A DNA stretch of 60,396 nt, filler included, from Sphacelaria rigidula (GCA_964200075.2; 7 parts of 7 records of this genome joined end to end with filler, not necessarily neighbours in it); one strand, 5' to 3'. Numbered from the whole stretch's first letter, positions 10,583 through 23,530 are shown. Notes: generated from the letters alone by a model not told the origin. Translations and numbers: made by a program.

Positions 10583-11393
10583 CGACGGCTACACCCCGAC
10601 GATGAACTCGGAAGAGGGACATGGTAACGTGCTTGAACTTGATCGGCGGCCATATGCAACGTTTCGATTTCGAACCCGTTCCGAAAGCGAGGATCCGTTC
10701 CTGATCTCGAACAGATGTTAATCGTGACTGTTCACCCTTTCATGTCAAATGTGATTCAACGGCCCGCTATATAAAGGAACGGAGGCTAAAAATATTCAAG
10801 CGTTCCCACATCCCACATAAATCGAAATGTATACGCAAGTTCTCGTCAGATTGCGCGTGACTTCTCGCACGGTCGGTGGAAACCCCGTGACGCTCATCGT
10901 GAAGTTGCACGTGGCGTGGGGACGGAATAGGACACGACTTTCCGTCGCGTGCAATTCCCCCTGCAGTCTTTTTTTCCCGTGACGAGCCCTTTCATCAAGA
11001 GTAGATGGGGATCGATTTTTTATGAATTTGTTTTCGGGGCAGGCATCAAAACATGCTACCGTTACACATCACAACGGCACTCCGGCAGCAAATCGCCACC
11101 TTCATTGGGTCTCTTTTTTCGCCGCACACTCAAAAATCAGAATGCCCAACCCGTGAGCAGGAATATCGAAAGATAGCCTACTCGATAGAAGTGGGACTCT
11201 AAAATACACATCATTGCCCCGCTCCGCACCGTACTCTACACATGGTCGTCCAGTCGGCCTTGGTCTGGGGCCTTCGTCCAGAGACATACGATCTTGCATA
11301 ACAAAAACGAAAAACGATGGAGTCCCCCTTACAGCAATCGAGCGGTCGATCAAACACCCCTCAAGTCGGGATCTTACAAATTGGGGATGAGTG

Positions 11394-11635
11394 ATGCTAC
11401 GGTAGGATTGCACTTTTTGAGCGAAAGTGTTTCTCGGGGTGTTGCACGGATCATTTTGAGAATTGGCATCATTTTCACTTGAAAAAGACTGAAAATGATG
11501 CCGATTCACGAAAAGGCCCTTGTCTGCATCTCCATGACCTGTCCCCGGAGATTGGGGTTGCACAGTAAGTCCATACATGTGGGCTCCTACAAAAACGAGA
11601 CCAAGAAAAAATAAGTGCAACCCCTACCGTAGCAT
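11394..11635. mobile_element. MITE with about 20-bp TIRs
   Basis: ATGCTACGGTAGGATTGCAC ... GTGCAACCCCTACCGTAGCAT are near-perfect inverted repeats. Confidence 0.75.
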
Positions 11636-11644
11636 TGGTTGGAT

Positions 11645-12036
11645 GGATCTTTTATTAGGGATGAGGAACCCGGAGAATTGAAATCTTCGTATCCACACCA
11701 AATCTTCCAAATATGATGCCATTTCTTCACCTACTGATGGCTATTGACAACTGCTACACGCAATACGAATGTGGATTTTGATCGAAATGTTGGGGTCCTA
11801 GGTGAAAAAAACATTTTCGGAACCATTTTGGCGTCCGTTCGGACACCCGGAATTCCCCGATATTGGCTCTTCACCCAGGACCCCAACATTTCGGTGATCG
11901 ACATCCAAATTTGTATGACGTGTAGCGGTTGTCAATAGCTATCACTAGGTGAAAAAGTGGAACCATATTTCGAAGATTTGGTGTGGATACGAATATTTCA
12001 TCTGTCCGGGTTTCTCATCCCCAATTTGTAAGATCC
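11645..12036. mobile_element. Foldback (fully palindromic) non-autonomous element, about 390 bp
   Basis: Arms pair along their length, e.g. CGTATCCACACCAAATCTTC / GAAGATTTGGTGTGGATACG and GAAATGTTGGGGTCCT / AGGACCCCAACATTTC. Centre near 11838. Confidence 0.9.
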
Positions 12037-15000
12037 GTGTTTCTTCATGATGAAGTTGTCATCCGCATCTATCGTTGATTTCTACGACCTCGTGAGCCAC
12101 AGACATTTCTTGCGCACTTGGAATGAAATGAAAAACGCTGCCTAGTGCCAATACCAATGCTGTCTACGTTTTCCACCTCCGTTCGCATTCCAAGAAAATA
12201 TTCACAACGCGAGTCAGCGCAATTCTCTGGCCATGTATCCAGGTTCGATGGTGCCCCGCGATGGACACACAGCACGAAACAAAACGAAATCAAACTACCG
12301 GTACTCGGAAAAGAAGTGTGTTGCGAGCCCTCACGTTACTTACTGCAAAGACACGGAGATAGGGCGAGCGGGACTAGGGGAGTATGAAGACATGTACAGC
12401 ACAAGAGCAAATGAACACAACTCAAAATGCACACAACCACACAAACACACACACGGGCAGGCACGCCCACGCACGCACCACAAAAGCATTGGTACGACTG
12501 ATCGGCTCTTCTGGCATCTAAAAATATGGACAAAACAAGCGCAACGACACGAGATCAGGCGGGGAAGGGGTAGACGTGCGACACAGCACTACTCGCACCA
12601 TGACCATCTCGGTAGACAAGACATACGCTGACGAAAAACACAAGAACAGAAGGAGGGAGACACGACACCTATGCTGGAAACGAGCACACCACGAGCATAT
12701 GATATATATAGTGCCAAATATATTCGCTAGTATGAAATGTAGCTCCTCAATTAGACCTGAATATATGCGGACTAAAAAAACAAAAGATGCACACGGGAGA
12801 ACGAAAGAATGGGAAGAAAACTACGCGTCTCAAGAGCATGCGTTGATGAAAAGAAAATGCTACTATTCTTCGCCGTGTTGTTCCGCCAGAGACCGCATGG
12901 CTGTTGTGCCTGCCACTATTTCTATATCTACGACTACTTGCCCCGTATCACGTCTTCATCGTCAAGTCCAACAATCATCGTAGACAGATTTGAATATGAG
13001 AGCCGAAACAACAGCAACTGAAAGGGGACAAGCCCTCTCCGCTGCCGCGAGCTTTTCGTCCACTCAGGGCGATACTGGTGATTGACGAATGGAAACCACC
13101 GTGACTACCCGCCACCACCTGAATTATCCCGCAACTTCCCGCAACTGTTCGATCATGACCCTCATGTTCCACTCCTTACCGAGCCTGATAACAACAGCTA
13201 AGCCACGCGATGAATCACAGCGCAGCACTTCACGCAACCCTTTGATCTTCATACTTCACCCCCCTCCCTCACATTCTGTCGGAATCATACGTTCGGGTTG
13301 GCATACGCGATCGTCGTTGCACCTGCGCGAAAACTGCAGCCAAAACTCGCAAATGCGCGCCATACAACAACCAAATCCCCACGTCACCAAAAGCCTCAAC
13401 AGGTTATCTCACTTACTGAAGTTACACAGAACAGCTCCGGGCTATGGGTCCTTGTGACCCCGAAAAGCTAGCAACCGGGGACATTTTTTCATTGAGGGGT
13501 GGTATACAACGTGCCCCCATACAAGAGGCAGCGTACTGTAGATACAGAGGGGTCGCCGCCACCGCATGGCGATTCCTCTGGAGAACGAGGTCCCATCACA
13601 GCGCGGTCAAGATCTACCGTCACGAGTCCGAGTGGCCACATATTTTTCATTTTGATATATTTTCATGGGTTGATTGGTTGGATGGTTAGCGCACATTAAG
13701 GGGACCTGCCACGGATCCAGCGATGGTCACACAACGGGCATAGGTACCACCATACAAGCAACTGCACCAGACTAGTACAGTGCAGTGTCTCACAAACAGT
13801 GCTGTCATCCAGAGCACGACAATTGACCGCACTATGGAGGGACCCTCACTACAGAGGCACAACAACACAAAAGTGGCCGAAAATTTTCATCATCGCAGGG
13901 AGAGGGGCTTGGGGGGGTTACACAAAGTACCGGTGGTACATTGTGAAGACTAGGTAAATACGACAACCCAATGAAAGACATCATTGTACCTGTACTTTTC
14001 TGATACTACTGCCCCGACGGCCGTGTGTACATACTCTCGAGACTTCCATTACGCTACTATTTTTTGTGTGTCTTTTCATCAGAATCTATTACTTGCGTCC
14101 AGCGGCCCTACGCCCACACAGCTCGCTCCAACGCGACACCCTCACTCACACGCACGCACGCACACACTAACTCTCGACAAACTACAACAACAACCAGAAC
14201 AACAGGAATAACAATCACAACAACAACAGCTACAGCACCAACACTCAGCAAAAATCAACGCTTATGGAATCAGGGCAAACGACATAATCCAGAGCTCAGC
14301 AACGCGCTCCTTCTTGGGGGACCCACTGACGTCAAAGCGGCGCGCATGACTCGCACTTGATTTTCCCCACGCGCACAGCGATATACTCTGCGAAATCGAA
14401 GGTAGCTCTAGCACATTCCCCACCGCTGCCGCCTCAGGGTATATATCGCGATAAACCGGAGACATGAAAACGCATCCCTCAAATGATGAAAGTCTTCAAC
14501 ATAATCATGTTTTTCTCTAAAATTGCAGCGCTCATAGGACCCCGATTGTGCTATATCTTTGGCAAGATCTTGCCGAAATTCGTCAAACACGCTCCATCCT
14601 TCGGCAATGTTGAACATTCCTGCTCCTCGACAAAAGGATGACACGCATCGGGCAATAGGATAACCCCTACAACTGGGCTTTACGATAGTTTGTGCGCTTC
14701 GAGACCCCCTCCATCAGCCTAGTACCGCCCTGTCAAATAATCACGGTAGATGTACATAAATATGCAGCATATGTGTGCATGTTCTCCATACTAGTTCAAC
14801 ACGAAAAGTTTGGACACAACCGAACACACACGCAGCATACACACCCAATCCCCCTCCAACGATGAATACTTCGGTTGCGAAAAAATTTACCGCTCTCGAC
14901 CACACACACATAACCAGCCACACCACGTTTCAAACACAACTGTTTCGCCTATACTGTACACCAGTCACCGACCAACTTCACCGCGCGCAACGCGCGCGTT

Positions 15001-15372
15001 CGGTGAACACCGCGTTCCCTTCCTCGCCTCCTAATCCTATCTGCTATCCATGTTGCATATTTTCCCCCTTCCAAACAGTAACTTTCTCAGGACCGTAGAT
15101 ATCCATCCCAACTCGTTAGAAGCTCAGTGCCGGCGGCAGTGTACAATATACCCCTCCCTGTACTCACCACATACCCCTCCCTGGCCTGTCTATACTTCTA
15201 CCACTTTGCCCTCGTACGCCTCCCCACCTGCCCCCCCCAACCCGCACCATTGCCGCCAGGCAAAGCATTCCCATCACACAGGGTCACAGATAGCCGTCCG
15301 AATCATCCCCAGTTCAAGCCCGCCTCTTGGGGGTTTTCCATCCCGTCCCCGACCCCAGTTCAGTCCGCTTAC

Positions 15373-15822
15373 CTCCACGGGCGTCGGAGAAGAGGACGTG
15401 CGCGAGTCCACCCGTGGACGTGATTGATTCCCGTCCCTGTTTTGTGGGTCAGGTGACCCCATCCCCTCCTGCCCCCCCGGTCCTCCTCCACTATTCCGTC
15501 CCGAACGAGCCCAGCTACGTCTCCAGCCACCTCGCGCGGCCGCCGGCAAATTGTTGTCACCCCCGCCACCGTCAGTACCATCTGACCCGGCCGCCACACC
15601 GTGGATGATACTGTCGTCACGCCCGTCTCCATCGTAATCGCCGTTGTTTCTGTTGTCCTTGTTGGTACAGACGCGAGTATCCGTGCCTCCTCCGTCGAGG
15701 CTGCTGACCGTTTCCGGACCCTCCGTGCGACGACTTGGGCGAGGCGTGGACACCCCGTGAATCTTGCACAGGAGGGGGCACCACCTTGATGGTTTGGGCA
15801 GAGCTACTAGCCCGACGAACAC
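15373..15822 (-). CDS. Candidate internal exon, Gly/Asp/Arg-rich low-complexity protein
   Basis: GC-rich open frame within ORF 15274-15879 with donor GAG|gtaagc at 15372. Acceptor is ccag at 15823, or an alternative at 15763. Confidence 0.45.
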
Positions 15823-15920
15823 CTGGCACAGGAATGCCAGAGCGGTCATGGCGTAGCCGTAGTCTATGCTCACGGACACCTAATGGTGAGCGTGTTTACG
15901 TGGGAGCATTGAGGTGGGAC

Positions 15921-16215
15921 GGAGGGGGAGGGGGAGTGTACTCATGATCTTGCACGCCGTCGTCATACGACCATTGACCTCGCACCCCTCCAAAGCCGGG
16001 ACGAAGCACGTCAAGTTTTCGCCGGACCAGGCTCGCAGTCAACAAGCGCGGAGCACCGTAATGTAGTCAGTGAGTCGCATGAAGGGTGGCCTGCATCCTG
16101 CCAAGATTGTTCGGCCCGAAGCGTACTAATTATTCTGCATGTGGATGACAGCCAACAATGAGTTGCTCTATCATCTGGCATCGCCACTTCAAGAGACAGC
16201 CACGGGTTACGCACT
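15921..16215 (+). mobile_element. PPT + LTR fragment (TGTACTCATG family)
   Basis: GGAGGGGGAGGGGGAG directly followed by TGTACTCATGATC (15937). Aligns over about 260 bp with 29209-29460. Confidence 0.75.
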
Positions 16216-17186
16216 GTCCCACGTGTGTCTACCTGGTGGAGGTGGGGGGACACGCCTGGACAACGACTACAACATGTCAAGTAGACAGAAGTTACAGACA
16301 TACAAGGGGAAGGGAGAGGCGTGCGCGTGTACTTGATGTCAACCTTCGCCTGCGAATCATTTGAGATCGTTGCTGCAGGAGAGTTGGTACTTGAGAGAGA
16401 TAGACGTAACCAAGGTAAGACAAGATGACGCGTTCGCTGAACGTAGCGCGAGAAAGGGGGAAAGTTGAAGAAAAATAAAAGCGAAAACGATTGAGCAGAT
16501 GAAGCAGTAAAACTGACCGACAGCTAGAAGAAAACACACACACATTTGAAACTCGACAACAAACGAATAAAATAAAAAAACGAGACGAGACGAGACGAGA
16601 CGAAACGAAGCATAAGAAGGTCGCAGAAGCAGCTTGCAGCTAAGCTATATCGGGACCACACTCCTCGGACACGGCCTCTCTACCCCGAGGTCTCCGGAAG
16701 CGAAAGACCCGACAACGCAAGAGAAACTATTAAATAATTACTTGGAACAACGCCTTTCTCACCACACACAATAACACGCACCTCGCGTACGTATGAGATT
16801 TGAAAGCATGAAGCTCATCAGAACCAAGTTGACCCCCTCCAGTGACTGTTTTCCCTCCACGGCCAGGCCTTCATACAGACCAAACCAAGTAAACCCTACA
16901 CCGAAAACCCCAGGGCTGGGTACTGGCCCACTACACACTGGCAGTACCACGGTTACTGCCAATACTCTGCAACTGGAGAGAGAGTACCCAGCACTCTTCT
17001 AACTACGTACCTTCCACCACCATGCCTCAATATTCAACTGAAACTCACGTAATTGCGCCGCGAGTGAAGCTGAACCGCATTTCTTTTCCCCTCTAGTGAA
17101 GCCAAATCGGGTGACACTGCTCTTCCGGGGGGGGGGGCGTACTCATTTGTTGCTTGCTCGAGGCTTTTGACTATGGACAACGCATA

Positions 17187-17286
17187 NNNNNNNNNNNNNN
17201 NNNNNNNNNNNNNNNNNNNNNNNNNNNNNNTTAATTAATTAANNNNNNNNNNNNNNNNNNNNNNNNNNNNNNNNNNNNNNNNNNNN
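17187..17286. other. Artificial scaffold linker
   Basis: N-TTAATTAATTAA-N, 100 bp. Confidence 0.99.
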
Positions 17287-17860
17287 TAGCCATCGTTTTC
17301 TCCCTACTGTCTAATGCATCAAACGATTTCACGCCACCTTCGTCCACGTCCCGCATTTCCCCCTTTAGCATGTCCCGTTTCCCCTTGTATACTTCACATT
17401 TTGCCTCTAGATGACGTACGCTCTCTACTCCGTTGCCACAAAGTGCATCTGCTTCCTCCTCGTTTCAACTACTGGTATATATCTTTCTTCTTTATGGCAA
17501 GTCCAGGTCCCCCACCCGAAATCACAATTTCATATTTTTTGCAGCGTCCGTTGGGCCATGCAAATGTGCTTTCATTCCGATCACTTCTCTCAACCACCCG
17601 TATATCTCCAGGTGTTTTTCCTCGTTTACGTTGCGTCTGAGTGCTTCTTTTCCCCTTATTTCCATCACATCTCCTACGTTTGCCTGGTACCCCGGGTCTT
17701 CACCTATGGACAGTATGTCGTCTTCGTTTCCGCCTAGCTCCTTCCATACTTTCTCAACTCCTCTATTCCACCTTATTCCAGCCTTCACTTTCAACTATAG
17801 CTGGCTATATTGCCATCGCAATTTCCCCATGTCTCTGTTTGTTTCAAGTACGTACATTCC
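17287..17860 (-). mobile_element. Degenerate LINE ORF2 C-terminal region
   Basis: KAGIRWNRGVEKVWKELGGNEDDILS...KHLEIYGWLREVIGMKAHLHGP...KL*FRVGDLDLP followed by a decayed Cys/His knuckle-like segment; in-frame stops. Confidence 0.75.
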
Positions 17861-18269
17861 CAACTCTGGGGGGGTTGCTTCGCCGCTCCCCGTCGATGTT
17901 TTCCCAGTTAATCGGAGAAGCCGATTGGCTGGGGGGAAAGGAGTAACTGGCCGCTGACGCGAACAGTTGAAACTTGACTGACCGGAGCAGCTAGTTCACA
18001 GAGACACTAATCCGTACAGACGTTGAACAAACTCTCAAAAACTTTCCTATGCTGTCAAGGTCCGACGTCATTGAGGAGTTTCCACTCCGCGTATATCGAC
18101 GCCAAACTTGTCATCTTTGACTTAAATGGGTGATGGCTGTAGACTATATCAGGCACATGGTGAGCAGCAGGTGAGTACCTTGACCAGACTACATACGGCC
18201 TCAGCACACGATACCAGTGGGAAACAACGCCTGCTGGGGGAGGGGGGGGGAACGTCAGCCTCTAGAACA

Positions 18270-19200
18270 TACCATTGATACAACGGGGTTTCGCCATGAT
18301 GCGGACACATTCTACCACGGGTCTGAATAAAGGTGCTGATGCGATGGTTACAGAAGACGATAAGTTCAACTGCTGTGCCCCACGATCGAGCGATCAGATC
18401 CGACTATCACAACTCCAACCCACCCCAGTTAGCAGCTGTAGCAAGCAAACCGGCATCGTGCGGGGTCCTACAACAGCACGGTCATACCAAGCTAGCAACC
18501 CAGCAACAATATCGTGGCATCTCCATCGTGCAACAGCGATGGCCCCCACGACGTACAAGGACTACGATGAGATCGGGGGTCCCACCATGAAGGGCTGCAT
18601 CCAGGTTGACGTTGATAATGGTGCGTTGCACACGCACGACGGAAAAGCACAAGCTCTGCATATTCCACAACTTTGCTCCGGAAGATTGCACGATACATGC
18701 CGAAGGATGTATATATCGCTTGCATATATGTAGATCGCCATTTTGGCATGTTCGGAGAGATTCCCTTTGATGACGTGTAACCTAGTGAATGGCTGTCACA
18801 GGGGTAGTTCCCGGAAGCCCCGAAACTCCCATATCTGTACAGCCGGATCTGGGACCCCAAGGTAACAGGGATCTCTGTCCAGCGAACTGCGGTCAATCCC
18901 TAGGGAAGACTTCTTCTTGTTTGGGCTAACTCGCTCGCGCTCGTCGAGCTTTCCCGAGTGATACACTTGCCTCAACCCCACGACTTACAGCCAATCCTTG
19001 ACTACCTGAGACAAGGAAAATGATCGGCCACCTTCGACGGCTCCAACCGTCACCGGGAGTCTCACGACCTCCACAAATACAAGCGTTTGGAAAGTTGTTG
19101 CAACACTCAACAGATATCCCGCGTACACTTCGGGAACTTATTTTGCACCGAATATATGATGTAAACTGATGAGGTGATCTGAACTCAACACATAATTCCT
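18270..19200 (+). mobile_element. Decayed retroelement-like coding remnant with a Cys/His knuckle-like motif
   Basis: Stop-interrupted frame containing HKLCIFHNFAPEDCTIHAEGCIYRLHIC; no consistent splice pattern. Family uncertain. Confidence 0.3.
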
Positions 19201-19780
19201 CCTCCGTGTTATGCACGAGTGGGTATTCACTACATTGTTACGGGCTGAATGACAGAGGAGACAAAAACCATTTTTACCGTGATTTGCCCACAAGTCACAA
19301 GCCGGGTGCAAGCGATGACTCTCTCCCCTCCCGTGAAAACACGCTACCGTACGCCGCCCAACTTGACCAGCAAGACTCTAGAAAGTTGAAAAGGTTCAAT
19401 CACTCAAGCGTGCTCATACTGTTGACTGAACGTGCGTCCCCTTGCGCCATCTACACGCACACATACAAACACACACTGCAACTGATACCATCAACGCCGC
19501 ACGTGCGATGTATGGAATCTCTACACCATCGCGGAAGAGATTGGCCCGTCTTCGTGGAGGAAAACGGTGGCAGCGGGGTGGTGGCGTAGGCGAGCGATAC
19601 CTGACGTATGGTACAGCCTGCGGTGCCCACACCGCGACTTACACGTGCATCCTCGCAGCAAACGGGCCCATACTGTTAATAAGCCCGAGAACACTGCAGT
19701 CTGGGCACGCTGCAACACCGCAATCTCGCATGCTGCAAATGATCAGTTGAGGGCAAAGCCGATACAACATGCAAGCGTAC

Positions 19781-19903
19781 CTGAAGGTTCGCCCTGCCCT
19801 GCTGGTAGGTCCCCGAGAGGTTGATGTTGGTGTCTGGGATACGGTACGCCGCTCCGAAGTTCCACGCCGATGCCTGCCCGCCGTACAGCTGGTTCTGCAG
19901 CGC
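19781..19903 (-). CDS. PPP1 (periplastid protein 1)-like gene, exon F
   Basis: cag|GCG...CAG|gtacgc, 123 bp. ALQNQLYGGQASAWNFGAAYRIPDTNINLSGTYQQGRANLQ. Confidence 0.85.
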
Positions 19904-20936
19904 CTGTTTTCGCCGCACGAGATAGAAGGACGAAACCGTCAACAACGACCCACATGCGGACACGCGCACGAAAGCACGCAAACACACACAAGACGTTTCA
20001 GTCCAGCGTCTCTCAACAATCCACGGTCGTGTGGTCAATCTCTTTTCCTGCTACCATCTCTCTGCCTGTTATCCTTCGTCTATTCGAGGTTTGCTCAAAA
20101 CGTGTGCCCGGGTTTGGTTGTTTCGTGTGTATCTTTTCATCAGGCACATATTTTGGATTCTTCCCTCACTACGGCGGGATTTGTAGCGAAACAGTTCATG
20201 CAAGACGATCAACCATTCAGCCAGCTCGTCAACTCCTAGACATGCACGATTTCCGTTCATCCCCACATAGTCTCACACGTGAATCCGACTATAAAAATCA
20301 AGACTTGTCCTTCCAACCTTGAGTGCGATACGTTAATGTCGTATGCTTCCACTAGCGACGTTCTCCTTCCCTCTTTTTTTTCCTCCCTGTCTCGAGTCGA
20401 GACTTTCAGTTCTTGTCTCGAGTACGTCTTTGATGTGACCACGGCTGGATAGCTCGGGGGGGGGGAGGGGGGGGGGGCAGTAAAGGTGCGACAATCAATC
20501 AAATCAAAATCAAACTATTTGCTTCCAATCTCCCCGTTCCCGCCGCAAGAAAAAAAACACACGAGAAAAACCGTTCGTCCTGCCCGCCTCCGCCACTCCC
20601 CACTCCCGTTCGCCCGCCCGCCCGCCCGCCCGCTTCCAACTTGTCTACTGTACACCAGACGTAAAATTGAGCGTGATGAAGGTCACCATTTTTCCAACCC
20701 CTTTTGGACATCAGCTGTCCGCGGGATTGTCAGGCCATATTCTCGGAACAGAATCCCTGGGCACCCAAGGAGTTCATCCCTTGACCGAGGAGCAGTTAAT
20801 TCGAGTCTATGCATGCCAGCGCACTACCTTTTTCGATCTTCTAATACACGATTGCTCCTTCAGTGGAGATTCCAGACTCTTCGCTATTACAGGAATACAA
20901 TCATCAATCGTTGGGAAATCAAAGACCCGACCTTAC

Positions 20937-21053
20937 CGCGAGCTGCTGCTGCTGCATCTGCAAGTACTGCATTGCCGTGCTAGTTTGCTGCGCTGCTCGT
21001 ACGGCCGCGTCGGTGGCCTTCTTGCCTCTCTGCGCCATCTCGTTCATCGCCGT
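20937..21053 (-). CDS. PPP1-like gene, exon E
   Basis: cag|ACG...GCG|gtaagg, 117 bp. TAMNEMAQRGKKATDAAVRAAQQTSTAMQYLQMQQQQLA. Confidence 0.85.
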
Positions 21054-22371
21054 CTGTGCGTTACAGGGAAGAAACGAAGCCAAACAAAGGGACGGGAACA
21101 ACGACGACGACGACAAGAACACTAAGAAATATATATATACAAGCAGCTCGGGACCCGGGGCTGCGCCCCGGTCCTCTCCGTCTTTTTCGAGGGTCTCGGT
21201 CTTCTTACCTTGCCAAGCCCTCGTGAGAATAGATCCTCTCACGAAATGTTCATGCCCGCCGGAAACATTACAGGGCCACCGCGATCGTGCGTCCGTTCGA
21301 ACGGTCGCGAACACATGCGTACCCCCGCACAAAGTCAAGCACGAATCCGCCAACCGGGCCCCTGGCAATAGCATTGGCCCGAACAGTCATCTCCCGGGGC
21401 GGGTGCGGAGGAACTTGCACACTGAAATCAGCAATAAATCTCGTGGACGCCTCGTTACCAATTATGCTTGACGCTCGTGATTTCTAAATATTCTACATAT
21501 ATAGCATTTATTTACTTCCTCTGTCCCGTAAGTAAAGGTCCTTGTGATTGCACGGACCCCTAACGGTGTGATATTTTATTTTCGATCTTTTTATTGCATT
21601 CGTCGGCGTTTTTTTAGGTAGAACCAACATTCTTTCTATAGCGTGGGTGCTTGACCCATGCAGCCGCGCGGCCGAGAAAAAGTAGGTCGGTCAAAAACAC
21701 GGGCATTTTTCGCTCGTTTTCCCAGGAAAGCATGAGAGACCCGGGATCACGAAAAATCGCGAAAATGAGCCAAAAAAACGTGAAAATCGCGAACACACGA
21801 TTGATTTTGGACATGTCCGAACGTTAACCTACGCACACCCCATCCAACGTTTTGTTGGCATGTAATTGCTTGTGCTCCACGTGAAAACGTCCAAAATCGG
21901 TCAATGATGGGGTATAAATGAATCAAAAAGGGTCAAAGTGGGGTATATTTCGAATCGACTTTGCTGATGAAACGAAGTTTTTTTTTTTTCCATCAGCTTC
22001 GTCTGCGCTTCACCCCTCTAACGAACCCAACCATAGGATGACCGTCAACCTGAACGACTCAACGCCCACAAGGTCCTTTACTTATGGGAAAGAGTAGGTA
22101 TGTGTTTTGCGAAATTGCACGTGCATCAACCACACATGAACAACACGGCACCCTCACTACGACACATACGACGACCTTCTGCTGCCAGGATAATTGGATA
22201 ACGACAAGAATAACGCGGTGCAACACTGGATCATAACATAATAGCACGCATAACCACTGTTATTGGGACCATCAACCGCCGTAGTGCAGGCGCGCGCAGA
22301 ATTGAAATTGAGGCTGCAAAACATCAAAGGAAGGATCAGCGTTTCTTTTTCCGTTCCACATCCACACACAC

Positions 22372-22470
22372 CTGCAGGCTGTTCCGAACGGCGGCGAATT
22401 CCCACGTCGCCCCTGCTCGTGTGCTAGCCTCCGCTTCTTTCACAAACCACTGGTCTGCACCAACCATTGC
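22372..22470 (-). CDS. PPP1-like gene, exon D
   Basis: cag|GCA...CAG|gtgtgt, 99 bp. AMVGADQWFVKEAEASTRAGATWEFAAVRNSLQ. Confidence 0.85.
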
Positions 22471-22703
22471 CTGCGACACAACCAAGTACGACAACGCGTG
22501 CGTTAAGCCGTTAAAAAAGAGCATGGCATTCATTTAGCTTTAGGAAACACTATAACCTGCACCATGTAGAGGGTGTATGCATAGTGTGATGTGGCCTCTG
22601 TAGTGTCACGGTGAAGTTTTCTCTTGCTGACCGTGCAGCATATCCGTCGCCTGCGGAATACGGGCAACGGGAATTGCCCAAGTGTTTCATGTACCATGAT
22701 CCA

Positions 22704-22810
22704 AAATTGTAAATTTCCGAGAATCATCTTGACCAACCAAGCGGTGAAGTCTACTGAGTTGACCCCACCACGTGGTAGTTGACAGATACTTCTCGGAAAT
22801 TTATGATTTG
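22704..22810. repeat. Short foldback element (intronic); partial second copy near 23082-23132
   Basis: AAATTGTAAATTTCCGAGAA ... TTCTCGGAAATTTATGATTT inverted pair. Confidence 0.65.
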
Positions 22811-22842
22811 TGCAGGTGCTGATGCATTTCAAATAACACTAG

Positions 22843-22925
22843 CCTTAACCCCAACCCTTACCCTTGCCCCAACGAAGGAATAACGAGAACACTCGGGCAA
22901 GGAGGGTGCAAAGTGTTTTCCAGGG
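22843..22925 (+). repeat. Dispersed repeat with degenerate (CCCTAA)n head
   Basis: CCTTAACCCCAACCCTTACCC...GAGAACACTCGGGCAAGGAGGGTGCA; homologues at 27880-27950 and 43305-43378 (-). Confidence 0.7.
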
Positions 22926-23398
22926 GTAGTGTGCGTTGCCAGACGTCGAATCGCCGCCCCAGGCGCTGATCTAGACAAAAACGCCTTACGCGAACGCTGC
23001 GAGCACGCCGGGAGCACAGCCTCTTCAAAAATCCGGGTTTCACTGTCTACACTAAAATCCAATACTGCACCTGTTTACAAGCTGTAAAATTCCGAGAACT
23101 ATCTTGAACTACCAAGTGGTAGAGTCTACTGACAACACATGTATTTCCCGACAAAGTGTCTTACAAAAACGGTTACACAGACAACACCAGCGCCATCCGA
23201 GTAGCCGATTCGCGAAAAAAACTTGCACGGTGACTCAGGCCTTGCATCGTCGCATCCGCTACGCTATGCGTAGGCCACGTGGGCCATGGCATGAATAATA
23301 ATGAATAGGAGACGATATTGGGCAATCGTCGGGAAAACGCCACCCGACACTGGCGTGTGTGGCTGCAGTTGAGTACATCAGCATGTTGTATGTTGCAC

Positions 23399-23530
23399 CT
23401 GATAGTCGCTCGTTTCGCTGCCCTTGGACAGGGTCTTGTAACGTTGTAACGCCTTCTCCCTGAGGAGGTTGAGCTGCTTCATGTACACCAGCTGCAGGGG
23501 CAAATCCAACGACGTCTCTAGTTCCTCCAC
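23399..23530 (-). CDS. PPP1-like gene, exon C
   Basis: cag|GTG...CAG|gtgcaa, 132 bp. VEELETSLDLPLQLVYMKQLNLLREKALQRYKTLSKGSETSDYQ. Confidence 0.85.

Noticed and set aside
16344..16436. Possible minus-strand exon (RTRHLVLPWLRLS...DSQAK) joining 15822
   Set aside because: Phase-compatible, but the donor (gttgac) is weak and no domain is recognisable; not enough support to call.
21964..22005. Hammerhead ribozyme (CTGATGA followed by a stem)
   Set aside because: No GAAA after the stem and no stems I/III. Other CTGATGA sites (9463, 19167, 26053, 39935) fail likewise.
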